Origin: the human T2T-CHM13v2.0 reference genome, Homo sapiens
DNA: 64,000 nucleotides
Direction: 5' to 3'
Assembly (NCBI GenBank): GCA_009914755.4
Contig: CP086569.2
Coordinates: forward strand, 21,472,001-21,536,000
The position numbers and the translations under genes were made by a program. Positions 24,136-42,229 of this stretch are shown here, in pieces. The notes below the pieces were generated by a model, which saw nothing but the letters and a program-made list of their open reading frames with translations, was not told where the DNA came from and did not search any database. The stretch's first letter is position 1. Each line of letters begins with the position of its first letter.

Positions 24136-27100
24136 AACCTTATCATCAAAGCTGATTTAAAAGGCCTATGTAGCAAATAATTATTCTTGCTGCACTGTAT
24201 ATGAATAATTAAGACAAATATAATAAAGCAAACAGTCCTACCATGATTTGTCTTTTAATAAAAATGAGAAACTGAAGAGAGAAAATTATATTTCAAAAAC
24301 TGTAGCCCACCTGTTGTTAAATTCTTGCCTTACCTAATGTTTTTCAATTTTTATTATTTTCTACAGTTGAAATTATATTCATTTCAGAAATCAACCCTGG
24401 ATACATCACACTCAAGTCAAAGCCTATAGAGCTAAGAAAGCAACCCCTAACAGTCCAGAAAAATTTCCTATCAATGCAAAAAAAAAAAAAAAAAGAGGAA
24501 CTCTTAAGCCAAAAATTATAAAGAAGAATCATGGCCATTTTGCGGACAACTACCCAAAAACATCTACAGACAGTGTTGCTCCTGCAGTCAATCCAACAAC
24601 AAAAATCTCCCCACCCTGCCATCATCAGGAAGCAGCCGGAAAGAACATGTCACACCTCATCCTTTTATAAACTATAGGGTCTAGTCTGGAATGACATAGC
24701 TGGAGCACCATCGTCTTAAACAAACACCACCACTTTATGTTCCAGCTACCTTTCTGCCCTCATGCATTTTAAGGAAATCACTTCTCTCCTAACTGCAAGC
24801 ATCCAGAAAGAGCAGATAGTAAAACACAGATAAGACAGCTCAGGCACAGAGGGAGATGGAGGAAAGTCTCATGGGTAACTGCCAAACTTCACCCGCAAAC
24901 AATGGGCCCTAGTAAAACAGCCTTAATATGCTCATTCCTTTCCCTTTAGGTGGACTAAGATAGGGAATCTAAAAGCCTACTGTGCAGTATGCCTACAGCT
25001 GCAGAGAAATGTATGGGAACAGACACAACTCTCCCTCCCAGAGAAGCACAACAAAAAGACACAGAAGAAGTCCAAGCCTCTGATAAACTCTTCCACCCTG
25101 AATCCTTAAAAACTCTTAGTCTGTAAGAGAGTTTGTCTCTGACCTAACTCAGCCAGAAGCTTCTTTCAAGGTGGTTTTCTCTAAAATAAACCTCTGTTGA
25201 CTGGTGAGCCACCTTTCCTGTTTTTTCCCTCTTTCTTTAATTCTTACAGTAGCAACTTTAGGATATTTTTGATATAAATATTTATATTGTCCGATTTTTT
25301 TTTCAAGAAAGAGTCTTCTGCATTTTCTTTGTCCTTCTGTGTTCTGCCATAACAGAGTACCATAAGGTAAAACATGAGCTCCAAACCTTAAAATATAGGT
25401 TGTTAAGGTTCTGAAAATATTAGCATCTGTTTAGATAAACTTAGATGTTTGTCTCCAAAACAGAAAAAACTAAGATTACCCTCTTGTGCTGTTTTATGTT
25501 CTTGAGAGCTTGAGTTATGACCAAGTGGGACTGCTCTTTTGTTCATTATCTGAGGGATGTAATTTTTTGGTCACATACAGTGTGAGGCTAAAAATTGCTG
25601 AGAACATGAGACATATAATATTTTAAGCAGGGCACTCTTTCTTTAACTTATCAGATGAGTTTGTATTAATAAAAAGTTTTATCCAAAAAGAAACTTTGGT
25701 CATCTGAACCCTTGTTGCTTGGCTAGTCCTAAAATGATACAATTTTAGCAGAGCCTACCTAGTGTTAAAGATTAATGGGTCTGTGAAAGGCAGTGCCACA
25801 AATCTGTGAGATACTGGAGGCACTGTAAACATAAATATAGTCTAGGGTTAATCATCAGTGGCAACAGACTCCTTTGCTGTGTTAATTCATTCTGGAAATA
25901 AATTTTGGGGAAGTATGGAAACAACCTCTTCAATACCCTCTAACAGAACACCTATTATTTTTATAACAAAACTTATTCATGGAAAAGAATCTCCTGAGCT
26001 TTTGTTAAGAATTTTGTATATTAAGTCACTACTAGAATAAGTAAACCATTGAAAATGTTCATCATAAGTGGCCAAAAGATTGATTCTTTATAATAAAAAT
26101 GCACCTACTTTTAAAATATAGTATTTTAGATAGCTCTAATTCTAAAAAAAAATGCTTTATGTGTATTTATGGAAGAAGCAAAATTTCAAAAAGACACATA
26201 ATAGTGTCATGAGCAAGTTTTAGAAATTGTATTGACAACATTAAATAGTAGAATCTACAGCAATGATAAATTATTTTCATGCTCAAACTGTCTGCCTTGG
26301 ATTCTCTTTCATATTAACAAATTATATACCAGGATATTACATACCCTGTAGGCTAATAAGTAGGATTCAGTTCCTTTCTCAGCTGTGGCTAAGATATAAT
26401 TCACACTCAGGGAACCAATACCTTGGAAAGTTAAGTCTTTTACATTTATAAATGTTGGTTTGATATTTATTTGACTCAACTTTTTGAAGCACCCATTTTT
26501 TATTCATTTTTTCCTTTCAATTTCTTATCTTACTAATGATTTGTTTGTTAATTTTGTTTGTGGGATACATGAGACAATTAGTATTTTTGTGTTGATGGTA
26601 ATCTTAGAAACTGAGGCCCTAAACAATGTGGTAGAATAAAAGGTAAGTTGTACCCACTATTATGCAGAAAAAAACCTTTTCTTTCTTTGGCTGTCATTGG
26701 GGTGGTTTTGAAGCTTGTGAAAACTACTTTTCACCTCTATTTAGATATTTAATCTGTTTTTGGTTAAGTCACAACATTGATTATGGTTTATTGATTTTGA
26801 TGAATAACTTGAAAAGGAGCCTTTGCTTTTAAAGAATATCAACAAATTTCAAAAACCAGGAATACTTGTTGCTTGTCCTTGCTAAAATATGAAAATAAGA
26901 AATTTGATATAATTATTTTAAAGAGCAGTAGCATCACAATTTGTTTTAATTAAAAGCTAATATTTAGGCTATGTTTTTAAAAAGCATTTGTACCTTTTGT
27001 CTTATAAATCTTGGTCTCTCGGAAGTTGATTTAGTTAACTGAAATTCTTTTTCAATTATATATATAGCCTTCTGGTGTGCTTTCTTCCTTGTTGTCTTAA

Positions 27101-27317
27101 TTTTTCCTGAAAAATGGTAAAATATAAATGACATTCTAGAAAGCTTAGAATCTCACCAAATTTTCTTTTATAAGAATTTTTCTTCCATCTATTTCTACAC
27201 ATCCCTCTTTTTTGCTATCTTTGTTACCACATGAATAGTTCTACCGCAGACTTTAATGACCCTGAGATTTCTGGAGGAGCACAGCAAAAAAGTATCAAAT
27301 ACAACCTTTGAAGTTGC

Positions 27318-27375
27318 TCCCCTCACCTCCCCTCCACTCACCTCCCCTCCTCTCACCTCCTCTCCCCTCCCCTCT
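27318..27375. repeat. C-rich simple repeat (CCTCn/CCCCT-like)
   Basis: ctcccctcacctcccctccactcacctcccctcctctcacctcctctcccctcccctctg. Confidence 0.85.
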
Positions 27376-28837
27376 GATCTCTTTGACATTTGGGGTACCA
27401 GAAATTACTTTTTACTACAAGAAAAAACTTAACCTTTTGTGTGAAGTAACTGGCAAATCACTGGTGAGAGTTGCAGTTTCGGAGGTGACTAACATCTATT
27501 GCAGTAAATGGTTACTACTGCAGGAGGCTACTCATTTATTTAAGTTTTTAAATTAGAAAAGCAACGTTTAAGCTTTTGGACGCTATAGGAACACTTGCCA
27601 CTTGGGAATACACTTTTCCATGGAGTTGGGTGGAACACAGAGTGGGCCACTGGAATTGAGTGGCCCACCAGTCTCAGAGTAATCATTGTGGTTTTCACCA
27701 TTGCTCCTAATTAGTTCTAATGGCAAAGCTGCAATGACTTTTGCACCAACCTAATAGATGCACTATGGAAGAGTTGTTAGGTTTCATGGTATTTTCCCCT
27801 TTTTGAGGATCTAGGATTTAATGTAAATTTGGATCCTTTATTTTGGGCTATATAGAGGTTCTGCCTTTTAGTTCCTGTTTTTACATATGTGAGTACTTAG
27901 TTTTGAACATTGCAGCTGCTTTCTTGACCCCATTGGTTAATAGAATTTGCTGTAAGAAAGTGTCCCAGTTGGAAAATGATAACAATTATTTTACCTATTT
28001 AAATAAAATTGGCCTTCTAATACAATTTTCTGGTAAATTTCTATAATTTTATATCACCTTGAAATAAGTTTTTAATTTTTTTTTCATTTAGGCCATTCTT
28101 AAATTGTTTTTAAACTTCTATTGGTACACAGTAGGCATATATATTTATGGATGGGTTACATGATATGTTTTGATACATTGTATGCAATGTGAAATAAGTA
28201 CATCATGATGGGGTATCCCTGCCCTCAAGCATTTATCCTTCGAGTTACAAAAATCTATATACCCTTTAAGGTATTTTAAGATATTCAATTATTATCGACT
28301 ATGGTCACTCTATTGTACTGTCAAATAGTAGATCTTATTCATTCTTTCTATTTAGTTTTGTTTACCCATTAACAAACCTCACCTTTCCCACTGCCACCTA
28401 GTACCCATCCCAGCATCTGGTAATCACCATTCTGCTTTCTATCTCCATGAGTGTAATTGTTTTGATAGTTAAATCTTACAAAAAAGTAAGAAAATGCAAT
28501 GTTTGTCTCTCTGTGCCTGATATATTTTACTTGACATAATAACCTCCAGTTCTATCCATGTTGTTGCAACTGACTGACCCTCATTATTTCTTATGACTGA
28601 ATACTACTATATTGCCTATAAACACAACATTTTCTTTATCCATTTATCTGTTGATGGACACTTTTATTGCTTCCAAATCTTAGCTATTGTAAACACTACT
28701 GGAAAAAACATAGGAGTGCAGGTATCTCTCAATGTATTAATTTCCTTTGTGTGTGTGTGTGGAGGAGGAGGGGCAGGCATATATCCAGCAGTGGGATTAC
28801 TGGATCATGTGGTAGCTCAACTTTTAGTTTTGTGAAG

Positions 28838-29027
28838 AACCTTCAAAATGAGTTGACTGAAAATGTTTCGATTTGTGCCTAGATTTTCTATTATGTTCCC
28901 TTGGTCTCTGTGTCTGTTTTTATGGCAGCATCATGGTGTTTTGGCTACTGTAGTTCTATATTTAATTTGAAATCAGGTAATGAAATTCCTTCAGTTTTGT
29001 TCTCTGTGTAGAATATCTTTGGCTGTT
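28838..29027 (-). repeat. Internal paralogous copy, about 85% identical, of the old-L1 segment that spans the L1PA insertion point (a fossil empty site)
   Basis: agttgactgaaaatgtttcgatttgtgcctagattttctattatgttccc...ggtaatgaaattccttcagttttgttctctgtgtagaatatctttggctgttctggatcttttgt parallels 29730-29895 plus 32506-32535 (agttgattgaaaatgcttggatttgtgtctagattttcttttgtattcccc...gtagaatatc | aatgtctttggccattttggatttt). Confidence 0.6.
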
Positions 29028-29830
29028 CTGGATCTTTTGTATTCTCCATACTGGTTGCACTAATTTACATTCCCACAAACAGTGTATGAGGATTCCCTTT
29101 TCTCCATATCCTCACCAGCATTTGTTATTTAGAAAAAAAAGAAAAAAGCCATTTTAACTGATGTAATGATATCTAATTGCAGTTTTGATTTGCATTTATC
29201 TGATGATTGATGATGTTGAGTACATTTTCATATGCTTGTCATTTGTATGTCTTATTTTCAGAAATGTCTATTCAATTTTTTTGTCTATTATTAATTGGAT
29301 TATTAGATGGTTTTCTATAGGAGTTGTTTGAGCTCCTTATATATTATGGTTATTAAAACCCTATCAGATGGGTATATACCAAATATTTGCTCACATTCTG
29401 TTGTCTCTTTTTTGTTGATTATATTCACTGCTGTGTGGAAGCTATTTAACTTGATGTGATCCCATCTGTTCATCTTTGCTTTGGTTGCTGGCCCTTGTGA
29501 GGTATTGCCCAAGAAATTTTTGTCCAGACTAATGTCTTTTGAGATTTTCCCCCAAAGTTGTCTTACTGTAGCTTAATAGTTTCAGGTCGTATATCTGTTT
29601 ATAATTTAGTTTGATTTGATTTTTGAGATGGGGTAAGAGATAGTTGTCTTTTTTCCAGTTTTCCCAGCACCATTTGTTGATAAGACTGTCTTTTGCCCAG
29701 TGTAGGTTCTTGTTACCTTTGTCAAAAATGAGTTGATTGAAAATGCTTGGATTTGTGTCTAGATTTTCTTTTGTATTCCCCTGGTCTCTGTGTCTGTTTA
29801 TATGGCAGTATCATGCTATTTAGGCTACTA

Positions 29831-32505
<2,675 letters not shown>

Positions 32506-35500
32506 ACAAAAGAATGTCTTTGGCCATTTTGGATTTTATGTGGTTTTATATAACTTATAGAATTCTTTTTTCTATTTCTGTGAAAAGTAATATCGTTGCA
32601 TTGATACTCCTAATCCATAAATATGGAACATTTTCCATCTTTTTGGTGCCCTTTTAAATTTCTTTTATTAATGTTTCATAGTTTTTATTATAGCTATCTT
32701 TCACCTCTTTAGTTAATTCCTAAGAGTTTAATTTTATGTTTCGCTTTTGTAAATGAAATTACTTTTTTGTTGCTTTTTCAGATTTATTGGAGTTGGCGTA
32801 TAGAAATGCTACAGATTTTTGTATGTTGATTTTGTATCCTGCAATTTTACTAAATTTATCAGTTCTAATAATCTTTTGTGAAATCTTAAGATGTTCAAAA
32901 TGTTCAATTTTATCAACTGCAAACCATGATAATTTGATTTCTTTATTCCCAATGTAATGTGATTTGTATCTTTCTCTTGTCTGATTGCTCTAGCTAGGGT
33001 TTTCGGAACTGTGCTTAATAATAGTGGTGACAGTGAGCATCCTTATTGTGTTCCAGATCTTAAACGAAAGTCTCGTCATTTTTTCCCCATTCAGCATACT
33101 AGCTGCATGTCTGGCATATATGACTTTTATTATGTTGAGCTATGTTTCTTCTAACTCAATTTTTTCAGGATTATTATAATAAAGAAATATTAAATGTTAT
33201 CACCTGATTTTTCAGCATCAATTGAAATGATCATATGATTTACATTTTTCATTTGTTGACATGATGTAGTACACTGATTTGCACATGTTGAGCCATCCAT
33301 TCATCCCTAGAATAAATCCCACTTGGTCATGATGAATGATTTCTCTAATGTGTTTTTGAGTTATGTTTGCCAATATTTTGTTGAGGATTTTTGCATCAAT
33401 ATTTATCAGAGATATTGGCCTGTGTTTTTCTATGGTTTTGATGTGTCTCATGTTTTGAAATCGGGTTAATGTAGGCCTTGCAGAATGAGGTTACAAGTAT
33501 TCTGTCTTCCACTATATTTCAGAATAGTTTTGCATAAGATCAGTATTCTTCTTTTAATGTTCAGTAGAATTCAGCGGACAAGCCATGAAGTCCCAGGTTT
33601 TTCTTACTGAGAGACATTTTATTATGATTCTAATTTCATTACTTGTTATTGGTCTATTCAGGTTTTGGATTTCTTCCTAGTTTAATTTTGGTAGGTTGTT
33701 TGTATCGGAATGTGTTCATTTCCTCCAGATTTTCTTAATTGTTGGCATATACTCTTCATAGTAGCCAAGAATAATCCCTCAAATTTATGTGGTATCAGTT
33801 GTAATGTCTGCTTTTTCATTTATAATTTTACTTATTTAAATCATCTCTCTTTTTTAGTCTTTCTAAAGGTGTCAGTTTTGTTTAACTTTTCAAAAATATC
33901 GATTTTTGTTTAATTGATCTTTTGAATTTTTTTAACTTCAATTTTGTATATTTCTGCTCTGATCTTTATTTTTTTTTTCTAGTTTTGGGTTTGGTTTGCT
34001 CTTGTTTTCTAGTCCTTAAGACGCATTGTTAGACTGTTTATTTGAAATTTTCCCCTTTTTTGATATAGGCACTTACAAACTTTCTTTTTAGTACTGCTTT
34101 TTTGTATCTCATAGACACATTATGTTTCCATTATCATTTGTTTGAAGAAAATTTTTAATTTTCTATTTCTTCATTTACCGTCCTGTTATTTAGGATCATC
34201 TTGTTTAAGTTCCCTGTATTCATTAATTTCCATTAACTTCCAAGCTTTCTCTTGTTATTAATTTCTAGTTTTATTTAATTGTGGTCAGAGAAGATGTTTG
34301 ATATTATTTAAATTTTTGAATATTTTAAGCGTTTTATGGCTTAACATATGGTCTATCCTTGAGAATGATCCATATACTGAGGAAAAACAATGTGTATTCT
34401 GCAGATCTTGAATGAAATACTCTGCAAATATCTACTACATACATTTGGTCTATAGTGTAGATTAAGTCTGTTGTTTCTTATTTTCTGTCTGAAAGATCTG
34501 TCCATGGCTGAAAGCAGAGTGTTAAAGTCTCCAGCTATTATTATTGTACTGGGGTCTATCTTTGTCTTTACCTCTAATTATATTTCCTGTATATACATGG
34601 GTGTTCCAGTTTGGGGGGATATTTATTTAAAGTTGTTATGTCATCTCATATCAAAACCATCTCAGACTTTGTTTGTCTAGAAAAGTCTTTATTTCTCCCA
34701 TTTGTTTGAAGGATATTTTCACCAGTTATACTATTCTAGGGTAACTTTTTTTCATCAGCATTTTAAATATATTATGCCACTCTCTCTTGGCCTCTGAGGT
34801 TTTCACTAAAAGTCTTCTGCTAGATGTGTTAGAACTCCTTTGCATGTTATTTGTTGTTTTTCTCCTGCTGCCTTTAGGATCATTTCTTTATCCCTGACCT
34901 TTGCAAGTTGGACTATTAAATGCCTTGAAGTAGCCTTCCTTGGATTAAATCTCTTGGGGTTCTATAACCTTCTTGTACTTAGATAGAGATATGTCTCTCT
35001 AGGTTTGGGAAGTTATCTGTTCTTATCCCTTTAAATAAACTTCCTACCTCTCTCTTTTTCCCCACCTTCTCTTTCAAGCCAATAACTCAGATATGCCATT
35101 TTTAGGCTATTTTATAGATCCTGTAGGCATGCTTTTTTTTTTCCTATTGTCTCTTTTGACTGTGTGTTTTCAAATAGCTGTCTTTAATCTTACTAATTCT
35201 TTCTTCTGCTTGATCCATTCTGCTATTAAAGGACTCTGAGGCATTTACCAGTAAGCCATTTGCTTTTATTATCTCAAGAATTTCTGCCTAATTATTTTAA
35301 ATTATTTTAATATTTTTGTTAAATATATCTGATAGAATCTGCATTTATTCTCTGTGTTATCTCTAATTTCTTTGAGTTATCTTAACACAGCTGTTTTGAG
35401 TTCTCCATCTGACAGGTCACGTATCTCTGTTTCTCCAGGATTGGTCCTTGGTGCATTATTCTGTTCATTTAGTGAGGTCACGTTTCCCTACATATTGTTT

Positions 35501-38500
35501 ATGCTAATAGATGCTCTTTGGTGTCTCAGCATTGAAGAGTTAGGTATTTATTGTAGTCTTCATTATCTGGGCTTATTAGCGATCCTTCTTGAGAAGATTT
35601 TCTAGATATCAGAAAAGACTTGAATGTTGCAGTTCAAGTTATTTCTGGTTTAGGGGACACTCCAAGCCCAGTGACACTCTGGTGCTTGCAGTGTTGTAGA
35701 GGTACCATTTTGGTGGTCTTGGACAGGAGCCAGGAGAACTCCCTGGATTACCAGGTAAATATGCTTGTTCTCCTCCCTCATTTGCTCACAAACATACAGT
35801 CTTTTTCTGTTTTTGTTGTGAGGCAGCTAAAGCTGAAAGTGTAGTGACACAAGTAGGCCTTTTGCCACCACCACTGTAAATGCTAAGTCAGATTTGAAGC
35901 CATCTCACTTCTAGGTCTCACACAAGGCCTCTGGTAACCACTCCCTGGTTACTCCCTTTGTTTGCTCCAGACCCTGAGGTGCTACAATTGACAGGTGGCA
36001 AAGCTAGCCAAAATTTTGTCCTTCTTTTCAGGGAAGCAATTTTTCTCAAGCCCCTCATGGGCTTAGAAGTGCCACACAAACAACAAAATGCAGTCCTTTC
36101 CACTCTCTGCTTTCCAAAGACTGTGGCCACTGTCACTCCAGATTATGAGGAATACTATCCGACTGAAACTGATGATTCCTTAAGGCCCAGTGTCAACTAA
36201 ATCAGCTTATGATGAATGCTGTCTAGGCCGGTACTCACCTTTCAGGGCCATGGGTAACTTTCTGGCCCAGGGAAGGTTTACAGATACCATCCAACAATCA
36301 AATCCTAAAATTAGGGACTCTCCAGGCACCTGCCTGATGCTCTACCTTCCTGTGGTCATGCTGGTACCTACAGTGAAAGACAAAAATCCCTTTACTTTTC
36401 CATCACTTTCCTTGAGCAGAAAGTTGTTTTGCCTCTTAGCCACAGCAACTGGTAATGTGCTGAGTTTCACCTGAAGTCAGCAAGTCTCTGAGCTTCATCC
36501 AAGACCCTCAATGTAATATCTGGGTGTCACTGCTGGTTATTCAGGGGCCAAGGGCTCTTCAGTCAGCAGTTGGTGAATGCTGCCAAGCCTGAGACTTTTC
36601 CTTCAAGGCAGCAAGTTTCCTTCTGGTCCATGGTGTGTCTAGAAATGTCATCTGGATTTTAGGGCTTGAAATAGGGGCCTCACAACACAAACCAGTGCCA
36701 GGTTCTGCTGTGGCTGACGTGGTACGCTAGATGAAAAACAAACTTATTCCCATTACTTTCTCTCCTCTCCTCAATAAGAAGAAAGGAGACTCTTTTGGAG
36801 TCATAAGGTATTTGGCCTGAAGTTAGGTGAGGAGTAATGCCAGCATTCCCTTGTCTTTCCCAGCTAATTTCTCAGTATGCCATGTGCCCCCTCAGGCTAC
36901 TGTCTTTGGCCTAGTTCAGCACTAGAATTCACTAATAGTTGCAGTTCTTGTGGCCTAAACTGTCTCTTAAGTTTAGTTAGAGACACAGAGTACTGTAGCA
37001 AATTTAGATCACTGCATTCAGTAATACCTATCTGGCTAGGGCTTATTTAAGTATTCCCTCCAAGGCAGGATCCTGGCTGAGTTTGTTCTGGTTTTCCTTT
37101 CTGCTCTAAAAGGACAGCACTGAGTTCAATGCCTCAAAATTATTGTTCTCCCTTTCCTAGTGCCCAGAGATACTCTCCACACCATACCACTGATTAGGAT
37201 GGTGGGGAAGAGGCGGCATCAGTAATTCAGGACTTTTATTTTCCTATCTCATCAGTGCTTCTTTCAGTTATATGAAGTTATAAACAGATACTATGAGTCC
37301 TAACCTGATTTTTGGTTCTTACGGTGTTTTTTCTGTGTAGATAGTTATTAAATTGGTGTCTTGGGGGGGGAACAATCAGTGGAACTTTCTATTCTGACAC
37401 TTTGCTTCACCTCCCCCATTTTTAATACCTTTTTTAAAAAAACTGTTTAAATTCTCTGTATTTTTTTATGTATAAATTTGCTTTTCTCTTTTCTCTAAAA
37501 CCTGATAAGGGCTTGGTTACTTGGCATAGACAAAGTTTGGGCAGAGATAAAATTTAATACAACTCTTCTTTTGAAATATTGAGCTTTCATGACTAAAATG
37601 AGCCCTGTCTTACTGCTGAAATTTTAAAATTAAAGCTACAATTTGTATTTATATTTGTAGTGTTGTATATATTTGTGCACATGTCTGTGTTTATATATGT
37701 CTACATGATACCAAATTAACTTGTAAATAAATAAATACTGATAAATTAAGTAAATAAATCCAAATGTTTTTTAACTTTATGTGACTCTGGTAATCTTTGA
37801 TAATAAAAGCCCATTTTAAAATTGTTAGTAAAATAAAATGTCTTTAGAATGTTGAGCTTTTTGCCCATATCTATTTTTCAGAAAGGTTTATACTTTCTCT
37901 GACAGATATTTTGGTAAGGTAATAAACCGTGCTTCTGTGATGCTTCTGGTATAAAATTAAGAGGCATGTTGGTGAAGTTTTTGGTTTTGAGCCTTATGGT
38001 GAGGCTTGGGGACATTGTGTTTTTGCAGTGCCTGGATTACCAGATACAAAGCAAATCCAATCACAATATAGCCCAATTCTTCATCTAGCCCTGCTTTTTG
38101 GCCATGCTGAGAGAAGTTGGGCTTTCTAGGCATTAACTTCACAGGTTTGTCCTCTATCTTGTCATCTTCAGTTGAATGACAATTAAAATTGCTTTCTAAG
38201 TGTTTTACTGAAAATTAAGCTTATTAAAAGTTAATATTGTAAATAATACAGGTAATTTAACCTATCAGATTTTTTTAAAAAAATTCTATATGCAGAGTAC
38301 ATAAGGTAAGTAGAATGTGTTTTTGGTAAAAAATCTTACAAAGAAGTCATTAGTGTGTGGTTTTGGTTGAATAAAACGTAATTTTCTTTAGCTTAGATAT
38401 TATTTAAAGTTATTTTTAATTAAATTTTTATATTTCCATAGGTTATTGGGGAAGAGGTGGTGTTCGGTTACATGAGTATGTTCTTTAATGACTATTTATG

Positions 38501-41500
38501 CGATTTTGGTGCACCATCCCCTGACCCGTATACACTGCAGTCAATTTGTGATCTTTTATTCCTCATCCCTTCCCAGCCTTTCTTCCTGAGTCCCAAGTCC
38601 TTTGTGTTATTCTTATGCTTTTGCATTCTCATAGCTTATTTCCCACTTACAAGTGAGAACATATGATGTTTGGTTTTCCATTCTGGAGTTACTTCACTTA
38701 GAATAATAGTCTCCAATGTCATCCAGGCCACTGAGAATGTCATTAGTTTATTTCTTTTTATAGCTTAGTATTTGTATTCCATCATGTATACATACATATA
38801 TGCACATACATACACACCACAGTGTCTTTATCTGCTTGTTGATTGATTGACATTTGTGTTGGTCCCACGTTTTTGCAATTGCAAATTGGGCTACTATAAA
38901 CACACATGTGCAAGTATCTTTTTCATATAATGATGCCTTTCTCCTGGGTAAGTACCCCAGTAATGGAATTGCTGGATCAAATTGTAGTTCTACTTTTAGT
39001 TCTTTAAGTAATCTGCCCATTTTTTTCCATAGTGGTTGTATTAGTTTACATCTCCACTAGAATTGTAGAAGTGTTTCCTGTTCACCGCATCTACACCAAC
39101 TTCTATAATTTTTTTATTTCTTTTATTATGGCCATTCTTGCAGAAGGAAGGTGGTAGGTAACACATTGCGTTTCCTGATCATTTCCCTGATCATTAGTGA
39201 TGTTGACCATTTTTCATATGTTTGTTGGCCACTTGTATATCTTCTTTTGAGAATTTTATATTCATGTCCTTAGCCCAATTTTTGATAGAATTGTTTGATT
39301 TTTTCTTGCTAATTTGTTTGAGTTCCTTGTAGATTCTGGATATTACTCCTTTGACAGATGTATAGATTGTAAATATTTTCTCATATTCCATGGGTTGTCT
39401 GTTTACTCTGCTGATTGTCCCTTTTGCCATGCAAAAGTTATTTAGTTTAATTAAGTCATAGCTATTTATCTTTGTTTTTATGCATTTGCTTCTGGGTTAT
39501 TGGTCATGAAATCCTTGTCAAAGCAAATGTCTAGAAGGGTTTCTCCAATGTTATCTTCTAGGATTTTTATAGTTTCAGGTCTTAGATTTAGGTCCTTGAT
39601 ACATCTTCAGGTGATTTTTGTATAAGGTGAGAGAAGAAAATCCAATTGTATTCTCCCATATATGGCCTGCCAATTATCCTAGCACCATTGGTTAAATAGG
39701 ATCCTGTCCCTACTTTATGTTTTTGTTTGCTTTGTCGAAGATCAGTTGGCTCTAAGTATTTGGGTTTATCTCTGGGTTCTTTATTCTATTCCACTAGTCT
39801 ATGTCCTATTTTTATGCCAATACCATCTTGTTTTGGTGACTGTGGCATGATAGTATAGTTAGAAATCAGCTAATGTGATGTCTGGAGATTCATTCTTTTT
39901 GCTTAGTCTTGCTTTGGATATGTGGGCTCTTTTTTGGTTTCATATGAATTAAAAAAATTTTTTTCTAACTCTGTGAAGAATGATGGTGGTGTTTTCATGA
40001 AAATTGCATTAAATTTGTAGATTGCTTTTGACAGTATGGTCATTTTTACAATATGATCCTAACCACTCATGAACATAGAATATGTTTTCATTTGTTTGTG
40101 TCATTTATAATTTATTTCAGCAGTTTTGTAGTTTTCCTTGTAGAAGTTTTTACCTCCTTGGTTAGGTATATTCCTAAGTATTTTATTTTTTGCAGCTATT
40201 GTAAAGGGGTTGAGTTCTTGATTTGTTTCTCTGCTTGGTCAATGCTGTTGTATAGAAGAGCTACTGAATTGTGTATATTAATTTTGTATCCAGAAACTTT
40301 GCTGAATTCATTTATCATCCTAGGAGCTTTCTTGAGGAATTTTTAGTGTTTTCTAGGTCAATAATCACATCATCAGCAAACAACAAGAGTTTGACTTCCT
40401 CTTTAATGATTTTGATGCCATTTACTTTTTCTCTTGTCAGATTGCTCTGGCTAGGACTTCCAGTGATATGTTGAAGAGGACGGTGAGAGTGGGCATTCTT
40501 GTCTGGTTCTAGGTCTCAGAGGAAATTCTTTCAACTTTTCTCCATTCAGTATTATGTTGGCTGTGGGTTTGTCACAGATGGCTTGTGTCACATTGAACTA
40601 TGTCCTTTGTATGCCAGTTTTGCTGAGAGTTTTATTTATGAATAGATGCTGGATTTTGTTTAATGCTTTTTCTACATCCATTAACATAATCATGTGATTT
40701 TTTGTTTTTAATTCTGTTTATACAGTGTATCACATTTATTGTGTTCTGAATATTAAACCATCCTTGCCTCCCTGGTACAAAACCCACTTGATCATGATGA
40801 ATTATCTTTTTCATATATTGTTGGATTTTTTTTGTTATTTTTATTTAGTATTTTGTTACTTTCATTTAGTATTTTGTTAAGGATTTTAGCATCTATGTTC
40901 ATCAAGAGAATTGGTCTGTAGTTTTCTATTTTGGTTATATCCTTTCCTGGTTTTGATATTAGGGTGATAATGGCTTCATAGAATGAATTAGGGAGGGTTT
41001 CCTCTTTATCTTGTGTAATAATGTCACTAGGGATTGATACTAATTCTTCTTTTAATATCTGGTAGAATTCTCCTGCGAATCCATTTGGTATTGGACTTTT
41101 TTTGTGGGTAGTATTTTGAATTGCCATTTTATTCTTGTTGCATGTTATTGGTCTGTTCAGGGTACCTAATTCTTTCTGATTTTAGCTAGGAGGACTGTAT
41201 GTTTCCAGGAATTTATATATCTTCTCTAGGTTTTCTAGTCTATGTCTGTAAAGCTGTTCACTGTAACCTTGAATGCTTTGTTTTGCTTTGTTTTTTGTAT
41301 TTCCGTTTTGTCAATTGTAATTTTGTTTCTAATTGAGCTTATTTAGATTTTCTCTCATCTTTTCTTAGTTAATCTTCTTAATGGTCTACCAATTTTATTT
41401 GTCTTTTTGAAGAACCAGATTTTTTATCTTTTTTATTTTTATATTTCAATTTCATTTAGTTCTGCTCTGATACTGGTTATTTCCCTTCTTCTGCTGGGTT

Positions 41501-42229
41501 TGGATTTTGTTTGTTCTTATTACTCTAATTCCTTGAAGTGTGACCTCAGATTGTTTGTGGTGTTCTTTCAGACTTTTTGATGTAGGACATTTACGGCAAG
41601 GAACTTTTCTATTAGCACTGCCTTTGCTGTATCCCAGGGCTTTTGAGAGGTTGTGTCACCTATTGTCATTCAATTTGAAAAATTTTTAAACTTTGATCCT
41701 GACTTCATTATTGATGCAATAATCATTTAGAAGTAGGTTATTTAATTTTCATGTATCTGCATGGGATTGAAGAGTCTTTTGGAGTTGGCTTCTAGTTTTA
41801 TTCCACTGTGGCCTGACAGAGTACTTGCTGTAATTTCAATTTTCTTAAATTTATTGAGCCACCTCTGGTGGCCTATTATATGATCTATCTTGGATACAGT
41901 TTCATGTGCTGTTGAATAGAATGTGTATTCTGTGGTTGCTGGGTAGAATGTTCTGTATATATCTGTTAAGCCCATTTGTTCCAGGGTATAATTTAAATGC
42001 ATTGTTTCTTTCTTGACTTTCTGTCTTGATGGCATGTCTAGTGCTGTCAATAAGAGTATTGAAGTCCCCACTATTATTGTGTTGCTGTCTATCCCATTTC
42101 TTAGGTCTAGTAATAATTATTTTTAAATTTGAGAGTTCCAGTGTTAAGTAGATATATATGTAGGATGGAGATACTTTCTTGTTGGAGAAGGTTTTTATCA
42201 TTATATAATGCCTCTCTGTGTAATTTTTT

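Noticed and set aside
27318-27375. C-rich CCTC/CCCCT repeat as a possible regulatory element (i-motif/CTCF-like)
   Set aside because: It carries no additional signal such as a CpG island or conservation that could be judged from sequence alone. It is reported only as a simple repeat.
24136-28119. The approximately 4 kb of apparently unique sequence between the two big L1s might hold a gene or ancient repeats (MIR/L2/DNA transposons)
   Set aside because: I could not recognise any repeat consensus or coding signal by eye. It is left unannotated rather than guessed.
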